Source of the DNA: Terriglobia bacterium
GTDB taxonomy: Bacteria; Acidobacteriota; Terriglobia; 20CM-2-55-15
Reading direction: 5' to 3'
Assembly (NCBI GenBank): GCA_965198225.1
Contig: CBDAOY010000007.1
Span: 512,001 to 576,000 of the forward strand
Length of the DNA stretch: 64,000 nucleotides
Shown here: piece after piece, positions 49,007 to 59,009 of the stretch
How positions within the stretch are numbered: the stretch's first letter is position 1
Layout: every line of letters begins with the position of its first letter
The notes under the pieces: model-generated
What the model saw: only the letters and a program-made list of their open reading frames with translations
The model's database searches: none
What the model was told of the DNA's origin: nothing
Position numbers and translations under genes: made by a program

Positions 49007-50314
49007 ATGGCTAGAATCATTCCATTCAGAGCTCTTCAGTACTCGGCCGACCGGGTTCCGATCCAGGACGTCGTCACTCAGCCCTACGACAAGATCTCAA
49101 CCGAGATGCAACAGCGTTACTACGACCTGCATCCCAACAATCTCGTCCGAATCCTCCGTGGCAAGAGCGAAGCCGGCGATGACGGGGACGCCTCGGTCTA
49201 TACTCGAGCGGCCTCCTACCTGGCGAAGTGGCGTGATGAGGGAATCATCGGACAGGTTCCCGAACCCTCATTGTTTGCTTATTTTCAGCGGTTTGAGACG
49301 CCGGGTTCGGGCGAGGTGCGTACCCGTAAAGGGCTGATCGGGCTTTGCAGGCTGGAAGACTACGCCAACCGGGTCGTCTTTCCGCACGAGCGAACAATGA
49401 CCGGGCCCAAGCAGGATCGTCTCGAACTGCTGCGCCGTACCAAAACCCATTTCGGTCAGGTCTTCCTGATGTATTCCGATCCTGACCGCAGCGTCGATCG
49501 GATGCTGGAACAGGCTTCAACCGAAGCGGCCGACACGATCGTGCGCGACGAATACGACGTAGAGCATTCTCTCTGGCGTATCTCCGATCCCGCGACGATT
49601 GAAGCCATCCAAGGCGCCATGGCCGAGCAGAGCCTCCTGATAGCGGACGGCCACCACCGGTACGAAACGGCACTGGCTTTTCGGGACGAGATGCGCACCG
49701 AGAATGGCTCCGCCGACGCCGGGGGCTACGAATGGCTCATGACGACGATGGTCAACATGGAAAGTCCCGGCGTCGCCATTCTCCCGACCCACCGCGTCGT
49801 GTCAAACGTGGCGGACTACGATCCCGGCGGGCTGGTCCACCGCGCCAGCGAATTCTTCGACGTCTCCGAAACCGTCGATCTCCGGAGCCTGGAATCGGAA
49901 CTGGAAGCGAGCGGGGACGAACGCCCCACGATTGGTGTCTGCGGAAAGGGGGACGATCGGTTCGTGTTGCTGAAGCTCAAGCCTGGATTGGATCTACCCG
50001 CGATCCTGCCCGGCGTCTCGGAGTGCGAGGCCAATCTGGATGTCGTCGTGCTGCACCGACTCGTCCTCGACAAATGCATTGGTATTTCCGCGGACGACGT
50101 TCGAGCCGGAAAGTACCTCTCCTACGTCCGGGGTCTGGACGCAGCCGTCGAGCGTGTACGGGAGCAGGACTGCCAGGCGGCGTTTCTGCTCAACGCGACG
50201 CGGATCGATCAGGTTCGCGACATTGCCTTCGGCGGGGACGTCCTGCCCCAGAAATCCACGGACTTCTACCCGAAGGTCCTGTCGGGCCTGACCATGTATT
50301 GCATGGAACCGTAG
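49007..50314 (+). CDS. DUF1015 family protein
   Basis: PYD.I, PHE.T, IADGHHRYETA, PQKST.FYPK. Confidence 0.93.
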   Translation: MARIIPFRALQYSADRVPIQDVVTQPYDKISTEMQQRYYDLHPNNLVRILRGKSEAGDDGDASVYTRAASYLAKWRDEGIIGQVPEPSLFAYFQRFETPGSGEVRTRKGLIGLCRLEDYANRVVFPHERTMTGPKQDRLELLRRTKTHFGQVFLMYSDPDRSVDRMLEQASTEAADTIVRDEYDVEHSLWRISDPATIEAIQGAMAEQSLLIADGHHRYETALAFRDEMRTENGSADAGGYEWLMTTMVNMESPGVAILPTHRVVSNVADYDPGGLVHRASEFFDVSETVDLRSLESELEASGDERPTIGVCGKGDDRFVLLKLKPGLDLPAILPGVSECEANLDVVVLHRLVLDKCIGISADDVRAGKYLSYVRGLDAAVERVREQDCQAAFLLNATRIDQVRDIAFGGDVLPQKSTDFYPKVLSGLTMYCMEP

Positions 50315-50655
50315 ACCGTTATCCGTAGGCCGTTGTCCGTTGGGGTCCTACGGACCCTGGTAGGTCCGGAGATGATTGCAGATTGACGTATTGAAAATTC
50401 CACAATGGAAATTCGAGGTTGCAGGTTTGAGATTTCAAATCGTGTGACTCCGGGCAATCTCGAATTTTCGATTTCGAATCACCAAATCTGCAATGCGGAA
50501 TTTTCGATAGGACAATCTGCAATACATCCAGGGCTGTCGCCCTCGCATTAGCTCTCCCGCCACGAGTTGCGTGCGGTTCCCGCAGACAACAATGGGATGC
50601 CACGCTGTCCCGAAAACGGCCTACGAGGGTCCGCAGGACCCCAACGGCCTACGTC
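50310..50655. repeat. CGTAGGC heptamer inverted repeat enclosing an AT-rich heptamer inverted repeat
   Basis: Outer arms about 50310-50355 / 50615-50655; inner ATTGCAGATTG (50374) ... CAATCTGCAAT (50523). Confidence 0.8.
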
Positions 50656-50664
50656 CCGTCCCCC

Positions 50665-53103
50665 CTACTCCGGCCTTAACGCTACGATCGGGTCGACACG
50701 CGATGCACGCAGCGCTGGAATGTAGGTCGCGAGGAGGGCGGTTACCGACAGGAGCAGCGCGGCGGCGCCGAATGTCCACGGATCGGTTGAGCTCAGTTCG
50801 TAAAGCTGGCTTGCCATCACCTGGCTCAAGGCCCATGCGCCCACCAACCCTCCGCCGACCCCCAGGATCGCAACGAGCATTCCGTGGCGCATCACGAGCG
50901 ACCGCACGTCGTCGGGCCGGGCGCCGAGAGCCAGGCGGATTCCCATCTCGCCGGTTCGTTGTGCAACACCGTAGGAAATGACGCCGTACACGCCGATCGA
51001 CGCTAACAGCAGTGCGACCACGCCAAAGGCAGTGAGCAGCAGCATGCTGAAGCGCTCGCGGGCGACCGAGACAGCCACTATTCGGTCCAGGGGCGAGGTC
51101 TGCCCCAGCGCTAGATTCGGATCGAGCGACGACACCTTGGTCCTCACGTCCTGGACGAGGTTCAGCGGATCCCCCCGGGTTCGGAGCGTCATGGTCATTC
51201 GTCGGAAAGGGGCCTGGTCCAGGGGAAAGTAGAGCGACGGCGAAGAGGCCTGCGCCAGGCTCGAGTACTTCACGTCGCCGACGATTCCGACGATCTCGAC
51301 GCGGTCGTTCGAAACCCGCCCAAGAGGACCGTATTCGCCGCCGACGCCGCTGATCGTCTTGCCGATCGGGTCTTCGTCGCGGAAGTAACGCTGCCGCGCG
51401 GCCTCGTTGATGATCGCGACCGCTGGACCGTCCCGGCTATCCCGAACCTCGAAGCCTCGGCCCCGAATCAGGGGTATTCCCATGTTGCGGAAGAAGCCGG
51501 AGGCTACCTGGCGCGAGTACACCTGAGGTTCCTGCCCAACCTCCGGCGTCGGTCGACCGTCGAGGACGACCTTGACCTGATAATCCAGCTGCAAGCTCAG
51601 CGGAAGCGTCGATGTCGCTGCGACCGATTCAACCCCCGGCAGGGCCTTGAGTTCTCGGAGCAGCCTGGAATAGAAATCGGCGATTCCCTCGAAATCCGGG
51701 TAGTGGGCGAACGTAAGCCCCAAGTCGAAGGTCAGCATCCCGTCCGGGTTGAAGCCGGGGTCGGTACCGGAGAGTTTGGAGAAACTGCGAACAAGCAGGC
51801 CCGATCCAACGACGAGAACGACCGCCAACGCGAGTTCGGAGACGACGAGCGAGGTGCGGAGGTGTCCGCGGCTGGCGCCGGACGTCGAGCCGCGTCCCCC
51901 GTCGTGGAGCGAATCCTGGAGATCCGTCCGGCCCAGACGAACTGCCGGCGCCAATCCAAAGAGAAAACCGGTCAACACGGTTGTTGCGAGAGCGAACAGG
52001 AGCACCTGTGGATTGACAGAAAGCTCTCCGAACCCCCCAAGCTCGGCCGGGCCGAAAACGGTCAGGCTTCGGATCAGCCAGTAGGCGAGTCCCAGGCCAA
52101 CGATCGCCCCGACCGATGCCAGCACGACGCTCTCGGTGAGCAACTGTCGCGTGATCCGCCATCGACCGGCGCCCAGGGCAGCTCTCAAAGCGATTTCGCG
52201 ACTCCGCGCGGTCGCTCGTGCGAGCAGGAGGTTGGCCACGTTCGCACAGGCGATCAGGAGCAGGACTCCCGCAGCGCCGAAGAGGATCAGGATTGCCGGG
52301 CGGAGATCCCCCACCACCGCATCCTGGAGCGAAGTCGCCGTGACTCCGTAGCCGCGGTTCGAGCCGGGATACTCTTGCTGCAGCCGGTCGGCGACGACTC
52401 TCATTTCCCCCCGCGCCGATTCCACGGTCGAACCGGGTCGCATGCGGCCGAAGACGTCGAAGATTCGCACACCCCGGGCAAACATCTCGTTGTCGACGCT
52501 GATGGCGAGCCATACCAGCGACGATCCCGGGAAGTCGAACCCCGGCGGCGCCACGCCGATCACGGTGATCGGGCCGCCTTCCATCGTCACGGACTTTCCG
52601 ATGATGTCGGGATCGCCGCTGAGCCGGTTCTGCCAGAGCGCGTGCCCGATGACGACGACGCCCTCCCCGTTGGCGGTTCCGTCCTCGGGCGTGAATGTAC
52701 GCCCCAGAACCGTCGAGACGCCAAGGACGTCGAAGTAATTCGGCGTGACTCCGTGTCCGAGGACCTTCACCGCGTTGCCCTCGTCGTCCACCATCGTCAA
52801 GTCGTATTCTGCGTATCCTGCCAGATCCTCGATCACCGGGCTGGCTTCGATGAAATCCCGCATGTCGGGCGCCGACATCATGTCGCGCTCGATGCCCCCC
52901 TCCTGGTTGGAAGACCACACCCGGATCAGTTCATCGGGCTCAGGGTAGGGGAGTGGGTACAGGAGGACGGTATTGACGACGCTGAAGATGGCCGTCGTCG
53001 CGCCAATCCCGAGGGCCAGGGTCAGGGCCGCGACGATGCTGAAACCGGGATTGCTCCGGACGGACCGGAGGGCGAAACGGACATCGTGAAGAAGAAAATC
53101 CAT
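50665..53103 (-). CDS. ADOP-family ABC permease (no prefix domain)
   Basis: LALGIGATTAIFSVV, LLIACANVANL, EMGIRLALGA, VDPIVALR. Confidence 0.95.
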   Translation of the reverse strand: MDFLLHDVRFALRSVRSNPGFSIVAALTLALGIGATTAIFSVVNTVLLYPLPYPEPDELIRVWSSNQEGGIERDMMSAPDMRDFIEASPVIEDLAGYAEYDLTMVDDEGNAVKVLGHGVTPNYFDVLGVSTVLGRTFTPEDGTANGEGVVVIGHALWQNRLSGDPDIIGKSVTMEGGPITVIGVAPPGFDFPGSSLVWLAISVDNEMFARGVRIFDVFGRMRPGSTVESARGEMRVVADRLQQEYPGSNRGYGVTATSLQDAVVGDLRPAILILFGAAGVLLLIACANVANLLLARATARSREIALRAALGAGRWRITRQLLTESVVLASVGAIVGLGLAYWLIRSLTVFGPAELGGFGELSVNPQVLLFALATTVLTGFLFGLAPAVRLGRTDLQDSLHDGGRGSTSGASRGHLRTSLVVSELALAVVLVVGSGLLVRSFSKLSGTDPGFNPDGMLTFDLGLTFAHYPDFEGIADFYSRLLRELKALPGVESVAATSTLPLSLQLDYQVKVVLDGRPTPEVGQEPQVYSRQVASGFFRNMGIPLIRGRGFEVRDSRDGPAVAIINEAARQRYFRDEDPIGKTISGVGGEYGPLGRVSNDRVEIVGIVGDVKYSSLAQASSPSLYFPLDQAPFRRMTMTLRTRGDPLNLVQDVRTKVSSLDPNLALGQTSPLDRIVAVSVARERFSMLLLTAFGVVALLLASIGVYGVISYGVAQRTGEMGIRLALGARPDDVRSLVMRHGMLVAILGVGGGLVGAWALSQVMASQLYELSSTDPWTFGAAALLLSVTALLATYIPALRASRVDPIVALRPE

Positions 53104-53186
53104 TGAGAAAGAAGGAGGCCGTTAACGTCGTTCCCCGACCTGTTTGCGTAGTGAACACCCGGGGATCGCAGTCAGTTAGTCCGATA

Positions 53187-53267
53187 GGGCGTTCCCAAAC
53201 TTTTCTGCTTAGCGGACACCCGGGGACAGGGCTATACCCCTGTCCCCCTCACATTGGCTCTCTCACG
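53187..53267 (+). repeat. GGGGACAGG-palindrome element, copy D
   Basis: ACACCCGGGGACAGGGCTATACCCCTGTCCCCCTCACATTGGCTCTCTCACG. Confidence 0.88.
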
Positions 53268-53301
53268 GGCCTTTCTTGCGCAACTGACTACCGACTACTG
53301 A

Positions 53302-54429
53302 CTACTTCTTCCCAATGTACCGTGGATCTGAAGTATCAGTCCACCGCACGGCAAAGATCTTCTGCAGTTTCTCGACCAATTCCCCGCGAAGCTCGAAGAG
53401 CCGCCGCTGCTGCCGCGGCTTTCTCTTCGTCAAGGCGTATGCCGTCAGCAGCGGCAGTGCGATCGTCGAGTCGACATAGCAGACGACGGCGTCGGGCAGC
53501 TGATCCGGGTCGACCTTTCCCCAGCTGACAGCTTCGGCCGGTGTCGCGCCCGACAGCCCTCCCGTGTCTGGGCGGGCGTCGGTGAACTGCAGGTAATAGT
53601 CATGCCCTTTTTCTTCAAGACCCAGGACTTCCTGAATCTGGGGTTCGGTCTGCAGGAGGAAGTTCTTTGGGGACCCCCCGCCGATCATGATCGCTCCGCT
53701 CTTCTTGCCCGCCTGCTTGGCGTCGTAGACGATGGCGGCCGTTTCGTTGACGTCGGCGTTGACGTCGATGAGGAGCTTTTGACCGAGTAAGGCGTTCGCC
53801 GCGACGTTCATCCCGATGGAACTGTCCCCGGGCGAGGAAGTGTAGATGGGTATCCCGCACTCATGGGCCACTCCAAGGACGGACTTACCGTCGATTCCGA
53901 GGACGCGTTCCCGCTCCAGGACGTACCGGCCGAGACGATAGTGGAATTCGGCCGAGCTCATCGTGGTCTGGAACTCGGCCTCACTGACGACTTTCTTTAC
54001 GAAGTTGTCTGTTTCGACCAGGACGTCGTACTCGAAAAGGATGTCGTAGATTCGGACGACACCTTCGTCGCGCAGCTCCCGGTCGTCGATCTCGTGAGAC
54101 CCGCGCCTCATCTCCAGACCGAGACCGAAGTGTATATCGTGGTACAGGTTCGCCCCGGTCGAGACCATCCAGTCGATGAACCCGGCCCGCATCAGGGGCA
54201 CGATCGCGGCCATTCCCAGCCCAGCAGGGGTCATCGCTCCGGAAAGGCTCATGCCGACAACGACGTCGTCTTCGAGGAAGCGCTGGGTGAACAGATGGCA
54301 GGCCTCGCGGAACCGCGCAGCGTTGTACGCGTTGAAAGTCTCGTCGACGAGGTCGACGATTGACGTTCCGGCCTCGATCTGCGGAGGATCGATATTCTTG
54401 CCGTGCAGGAAGTGCTTGTTGTGGGTCAT
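53302..54429 (-). CDS. Deoxyhypusine synthase-like protein (probable homospermidine biosynthesis)
   Basis: [31 protein letters not shown]. Confidence 0.92.
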   Translation of the reverse strand: MTHNKHFLHGKNIDPPQIEAGTSIVDLVDETFNAYNAARFREACHLFTQRFLEDDVVVGMSLSGAMTPAGLGMAAIVPLMRAGFIDWMVSTGANLYHDIHFGLGLEMRRGSHEIDDRELRDEGVVRIYDILFEYDVLVETDNFVKKVVSEAEFQTTMSSAEFHYRLGRYVLERERVLGIDGKSVLGVAHECGIPIYTSSPGDSSIGMNVAANALLGQKLLIDVNADVNETAAIVYDAKQAGKKSGAIMIGGGSPKNFLLQTEPQIQEVLGLEEKGHDYYLQFTDARPDTGGLSGATPAEAVSWGKVDPDQLPDAVVCYVDSTIALPLLTAYALTKRKPRQQRRLFELRGELVEKLQKIFAVRWTDTSDPRYIGKK

Positions 54430-54486
54430 ATCTCAGGACAGCCTCGAGGGCGAAAACCGGGAGTCAAGCAGCCCGTTACAGGGCCA

Positions 54487-54960
54487 CTAATAATCGAACC
54501 CGTCCGTTCGGATCCGGACGAAAGGTTCTCCGCCCTCCACGCGACCGCCGTTGACGACCTCTCCGATAACGAGCCAATGATCTCCAGCTTCGGTCGCACC
54601 GGCCAGCTTGCACTCCAGGAAGCCCGCAGCGTCGTTGAGCACAGGGATGTCCATGTCGTGGAGTGAGGTGTCCAGGCCATCAAACGGGTCGCCGTCTTCG
54701 GGGACTCCCTGCCAGAAACGCTGAAGGGACTTCTTGCTGCTCTTGCTCATGATGCTCACCGCGAACCGCTTCGATTCCCGAATCATCCGGGTGATCGGAC
54801 GGCTGTGCTGGATGGCCGTCACGATCATGGGGGGATCGAACCCGGCCTGCTGGATGAACGATGCCAGCATGGCCGCCCGGCGTCCTTCATGAGCCGTCGC
54901 CAGGATGAAAACCCCGCTGGGGATCAGGGCGAGTCCTTGACTGATACCCTCGCGTTTCAT
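54487..54960 (-). CDS. Flavin reductase family protein
   Basis: IPSGVFIL, QAGFDPP, AGDH...GEV. Confidence 0.9.
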   Translation of the reverse strand: MKREGISQGLALIPSGVFILATAHEGRRAAMLASFIQQAGFDPPMIVTAIQHSRPITRMIRESKRFAVSIMSKSSKKSLQRFWQGVPEDGDPFDGLDTSLHDMDIPVLNDAAGFLECKLAGATEAGDHWLVIGEVVNGGRVEGGEPFVRIRTDGFDY

Positions 54961-55099
54961 CAATATGCTCCTTTACAATGCCTGCGGGAAAAAGCCTATT
55001 CTGACGGACTTGACTACTGTTTTCAACAGACGCAGTTTGCCGGCAGCGCGGTCAAGACCCCACTGCCAGTCTGCACGACGGAGGGGCCATTCGATACCG

Positions 55100-56287
55100 A
55101 TGAACGAAGCCTTGATCGACTCTCTGCAGCAAGCCCTGCGCCGGGAGGGCGTGGATGGCTGGCTGTTCTACAGCTTTCGCGGCAGCGATCCCATCGCCGA
55201 GAATATCCTCAAGCTGGACCGTTCCCAGATTTCGAGCAGGCGTTGGGCATATTTCGTCCCGGCGGAGGGCACACCCCAGAAGGTCGTCCACGCCATCGAG
55301 TCGCATGCTCTGGACACGTTGCCAGGGGAAGACCGCGTTTACCTCCCATGGCAGCAACTTCACGAGCATCTCCGCGATGCGATGTCGGGCGCCCGCAGAG
55401 TCGCGATGCAATACTCGCCGATGAACGCAATCCCATACATTTCCAGGGTGGATGCGGGAACCGTGGAACTGGTTCGGCATTTCGGCATCGAAGTGGTTTC
55501 CTCAGCGGACCTGGTTCAGATGTTCGAGGCCGTGTGGACCGAGGGGCAGCTCGAAACGCATGTGTACGCGGCGAGGAACCTCCGGCAGATCGTGGATGAG
55601 GCATTCGGCGAGGTCCGCCGGCGAGTCCGCGACGGGATCTCGACCGATGAGTTCGACATTCAGAACTTTATCTGGTCGCAGTTCGATCTCCGGGACATGA
55701 CCTCGGCGGACCGACCGATCGTCGCGGTCAACGCCAACAGCGCCGACCCGCACTACACGCCCGATGCCCAACGCAAGGACCCGATCGACGACGGCGATTT
55801 CCTTCTGATCGACCTGTGGGCAAAGCGGCGGGTTCCGCAGTCGGTCTACGGCGACATCACCTGGACCGGCTACGTCGGGGAGTCGGTGCCGGATCGCCAC
55901 GAGAACATCTTCAAGGTCGTCCGTGACGGACGGGACGCCGCCCTGCGGCTCGTCGAAGAGCAGGCCGGGACGGCGACGCTGCGTGGGTGGCAGGTCGATG
56001 AGGCGGCCCGTCGATCCATCACCGACGCGGGCTATGGAGAGTATTTCATCCACCGCACGGGGCACTCAATCCACGAGGAGGACCACGGCAACGGCGCGAA
56101 CATCGACAGTCTCGAGACGCAGGACAACCGCAGACTCATGACTGGAACGTGTTTCTCGATCGAGCCCGGAGTCTACCTGAAAGGGGACTTCGGGGTTCGG
56201 AGTGAGGTTGACGTGTACCTCGGCGAGGACGGCCCTCTCGTCACCGGCGTTCCGATCCAGGAATTCGTCATCCCGATTCTCGCGTGA
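55100..56287 (+). CDS. M24 family (Xaa-Pro) aminopeptidase
   Basis: LIDLW, DIT, HRTGH, SIEPGVY, RSE. Confidence 0.92.
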   Translation: MNEALIDSLQQALRREGVDGWLFYSFRGSDPIAENILKLDRSQISSRRWAYFVPAEGTPQKVVHAIESHALDTLPGEDRVYLPWQQLHEHLRDAMSGARRVAMQYSPMNAIPYISRVDAGTVELVRHFGIEVVSSADLVQMFEAVWTEGQLETHVYAARNLRQIVDEAFGEVRRRVRDGISTDEFDIQNFIWSQFDLRDMTSADRPIVAVNANSADPHYTPDAQRKDPIDDGDFLLIDLWAKRRVPQSVYGDITWTGYVGESVPDRHENIFKVVRDGRDAALRLVEEQAGTATLRGWQVDEAARRSITDAGYGEYFIHRTGHSIHEEDHGNGANIDSLETQDNRRLMTGTCFSIEPGVYLKGDFGVRSEVDVYLGEDGPLVTGVPIQEFVIPILA

Positions 56288-56922
56288 TGGCCGGCAGCGA
56301 GAAAATCATCATCGAGGGGCCGGCCGGCAGCCTCGAGTGCCTCTGGCTTCCGTCCGGATCCGATCCTCTCGATCGCGCTGTCGTCCTCTGCCACCCCCAT
56401 CCCCTCTACGGCGGGACGATGGAAACCAAGCTCGTGGCACGCACGGCGAAGAAATTGAGCGAATCCGGCTTCCAGACCCTTCGTTTCAACTTCAGGGGAG
56501 TCGGCCGGAGTGAAGGGAAGTGGGCCGAAGGTGCGGGCGAGCGCGACGACCTGCGGGCCGCGCTCGACTTCGTCCGTTCCCGGCTGCCCGAATGTCGGCT
56601 TGCCGTGTTCGGTTTCTCCTTTGGTGCCTGGGTCGGTTTGGACGTCGGCAACAGCCGGTCCGATGTCGAAGCCCTGGTGGGAGTGGCGCCTCCCGTGGGC
56701 CGCGTCGCGTTTGATTCTCTCCGGGACTCGAAGAAACCGAAGCTGATCGTCTATGCGGGCCGCGATGAAATAGTCGACCCCGGAGCACTGTTGGAGTGGG
56801 CTTCCGGTCTCCTGGAACCGAAAGAAGTGGCCGGAGTGCCCGACGCGGACCATCTTTTCACGGCCCAGGTCGACGAAGTCGCCGGAATGGTTGCAGCCTT
56901 CCTCCTGGAACTGCCTGGTTAG
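56287..56922 (+). CDS. Alpha/beta fold hydrolase
   Basis: HPHPLYGGTM, RFNFRGVG, GFSFG, ADHLF. Confidence 0.92.
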   Translation: MAGSEKIIIEGPAGSLECLWLPSGSDPLDRAVVLCHPHPLYGGTMETKLVARTAKKLSESGFQTLRFNFRGVGRSEGKWAEGAGERDDLRAALDFVRSRLPECRLAVFGFSFGAWVGLDVGNSRSDVEALVGVAPPVGRVAFDSLRDSKKPKLIVYAGRDEIVDPGALLEWASGLLEPKEVAGVPDADHLFTAQVDEVAGMVAAFLLELPG

Positions 56923-57073
56923 CCCCTGTAACGGGGCCATCAGGCTTCCTCAACCGATTGCCCAGCCTTTTCCTGCTAACCATCTGTGGACCACAGGTGT
57001 CCACACGGGTAGGATAAAAGTATCGGGTTACGGTAGGCTCAGGGTGGCCTTGAGCCTAACTTCAGGAGGTTTC

Positions 57074-57784
57074 ATGCGAAGTTTCTCGATCGTAATCGTT
57101 CTCATGCTGGCTGTGGCCCTACCTGGCCTGGCCCAGCTGGACGAAAAGGTCGCCGACCGGTTCTGGTCGTCGACGAAGATCCTCGAGCAACTCGTCAACG
57201 CTCCCGACGGCGGGATTCCCCAGAAGTTGCTGAGGGACGCCGAATGTGTCGGCGTGATTCCGTCGGTAAAGCGCGCCGCCTTTGGAATTGGCGGGCGGTA
57301 CGGACGCGGTGTCGTAGTCTGTCGCAAGGATGAAGGAACGGGCCCATGGGGAGCGCCCTCGATGATCTCGCTCAGTGGGGGGAGTTTTGGTTTCCAGCTC
57401 GGAGGGCAGTCCACTGATGTCCTGATGCTGTTCATGAGTCCGGACAGCATGAGGCACTTGCTCAAGGACAAACTGACCATCGGCGGCGACATCTCGGCTG
57501 CGGCAGGGCCCAAGGGCCGCACGGTGTCTGCCGAGACCAGCGCGACGATGCGGGCCGAGATCCTGACCTACGCACGAAGCCGCGGTCTCTTCGCGGGCAT
57601 ATCCCTCGAGGGTGCCGTTCTCAAACCGGATAACGATGCCAACACGGCTCTATACGGCGGGAAGGTGAATGCGACGGATTTACTCGTGGAAGGAAAGATG
57701 TCCGCTCCCGAGCCGTCCCAGAGGTTCATCGAGACCCTGACACGGGTGGCCGCGCGTGAAGCTGAGTCCCCCAACAATCCCTGA
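57074..57784 (+). CDS. Lipid-binding SYLF (Ysc84) domain protein, secreted
   Basis: GG.YGRG, SFGFQLGGQ, AAAGPKG, YARSRGLFAG; RBS AGGAGG. Confidence 0.93.
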   Translation: MRSFSIVIVLMLAVALPGLAQLDEKVADRFWSSTKILEQLVNAPDGGIPQKLLRDAECVGVIPSVKRAAFGIGGRYGRGVVVCRKDEGTGPWGAPSMISLSGGSFGFQLGGQSTDVLMLFMSPDSMRHLLKDKLTIGGDISAAAGPKGRTVSAETSATMRAEILTYARSRGLFAGISLEGAVLKPDNDANTALYGGKVNATDLLVEGKMSAPEPSQRFIETLTRVAAREAESPNNP

Positions 57785-57893
57785 TCATGCGTTGTGGGGA
57801 CGGCACACCGGTGCCGTCTCCGGACAATCTCGGCGCCTCCCTTTTTGATCGATTCGGCTCGCCGTTCGCCCGATTTTTGCCGTCCACCTGAAC

Positions 57894-58835
57894 ATGAGTG
57901 ACGACCAACTGGATTTGAGTAAATCGGTTTCCCTGTTCGCGCGCGACCTTGGCGTAGTCGAACTGACGGGACCAGACCGCGTTTCCTGGCTGCAAGGGAT
58001 GGTTTCCAACGACGTCGCAAGGCTGGGAGCCGGAGAGGGCTGCTACGCCGCTCACCTCAGTCCGCAGGGACGGATGATTTCACACATGTTCGTCCTTGCC
58101 GATGAGGACGCTCTGTGGCTCGAGCTCGAGCGCGACAACGTTGCTTCGACGATCGAAGAACTCGACAAGCTCCTGATCATGGAGGAAGTCGAAATCCGCG
58201 ACCGGTCCGACGAGTTCTCGCTCGCTACGCTGTTCGGAGACGGAGCTCCCTCGATACTGGGGACGTGGATCGGTGAGCCTCTGGCAATTCCGACGCAATA
58301 CGGGCATCGCCGTGTCGGTCAGTCCCGGGTTGTCTGCGGAGATCTAGGCCACGACCTCATCGTCCCGGTCGAGGAGATGCCGGGAGTTCGAAACAGACTG
58401 CTCGAGGCGGGAGCGACCCCGCGTGAGGCCGACGTCTGGAATCGCGTTCGAATCGAGGCTGGACTTCCTGCCTACGGCGTGGACGTGGACCGAACGACGA
58501 CGCTGCCCGAGTTGGGAGAAAAAGGAATCGACTACGACAAAGGGTGCTACATCGGCCAGGAAGTCGTGGCCAAGATCAAGTACATCGGCCACGTCAACCG
58601 CCGGTTTGTCGGGCTGAAGCTCGAACACGCTCTCCTGCCCGCCCCGAGGTCTCCGGTACAGATGGCCGACAAGGAGATCGGGTACGTGACCAGCGCGGTT
58701 CACTCTGCGAGGGTCGGTTCCGGAATCGCCCTCGCATTCGTGCGCCATGGCGCCGGCAAGCCCGGCACCGAAGTCGCAGTCCTCACCGAAGGTGAACCCC
58801 AACCCGCTACCGTCGTCGACCTCCCTTTCGTTTAG
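57894..58835 (+). CDS. ygfZ: YgfZ/GcvT-family folate-binding protein
   Basis: KGCYIGQE signature. Confidence 0.9.
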   Translation: MSDDQLDLSKSVSLFARDLGVVELTGPDRVSWLQGMVSNDVARLGAGEGCYAAHLSPQGRMISHMFVLADEDALWLELERDNVASTIEELDKLLIMEEVEIRDRSDEFSLATLFGDGAPSILGTWIGEPLAIPTQYGHRRVGQSRVVCGDLGHDLIVPVEEMPGVRNRLLEAGATPREADVWNRVRIEAGLPAYGVDVDRTTTLPELGEKGIDYDKGCYIGQEVVAKIKYIGHVNRRFVGLKLEHALLPAPRSPVQMADKEIGYVTSAVHSARVGSGIALAFVRHGAGKPGTEVAVLTEGEPQPATVVDLPFV

Positions 58836-58878
58836 GCGCGGAGCCACGGAGATCTTTCTCTTTCGCCGACCAAAGTTC

Positions 58879-58944
58879 CGTGAGAGAGCCGCTGTGAGGG
58901 GGACAGGGGTTTGCCCTGTCCCCGGGTTTCCGCTACGCAGAAGA
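58879..58944 (-). repeat. GGGGACAGG-palindrome element, copy E, lying between CACGGAG arms (58844 / 58975-59001)
   Basis: GTGAGGGGGACAGGGGTTTGCCCTGTCCCCGGGT; CCTCCGTGCCTTCGCGCCTCCGTGGTT downstream. Confidence 0.82.
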
Positions 58945-59009
58945 CTCGGTGAACGCTGCAACCTGCCACCAAGACCTCCGTGCCTTCGCGCCTCCGTGGT
59001 TAATTCTTC

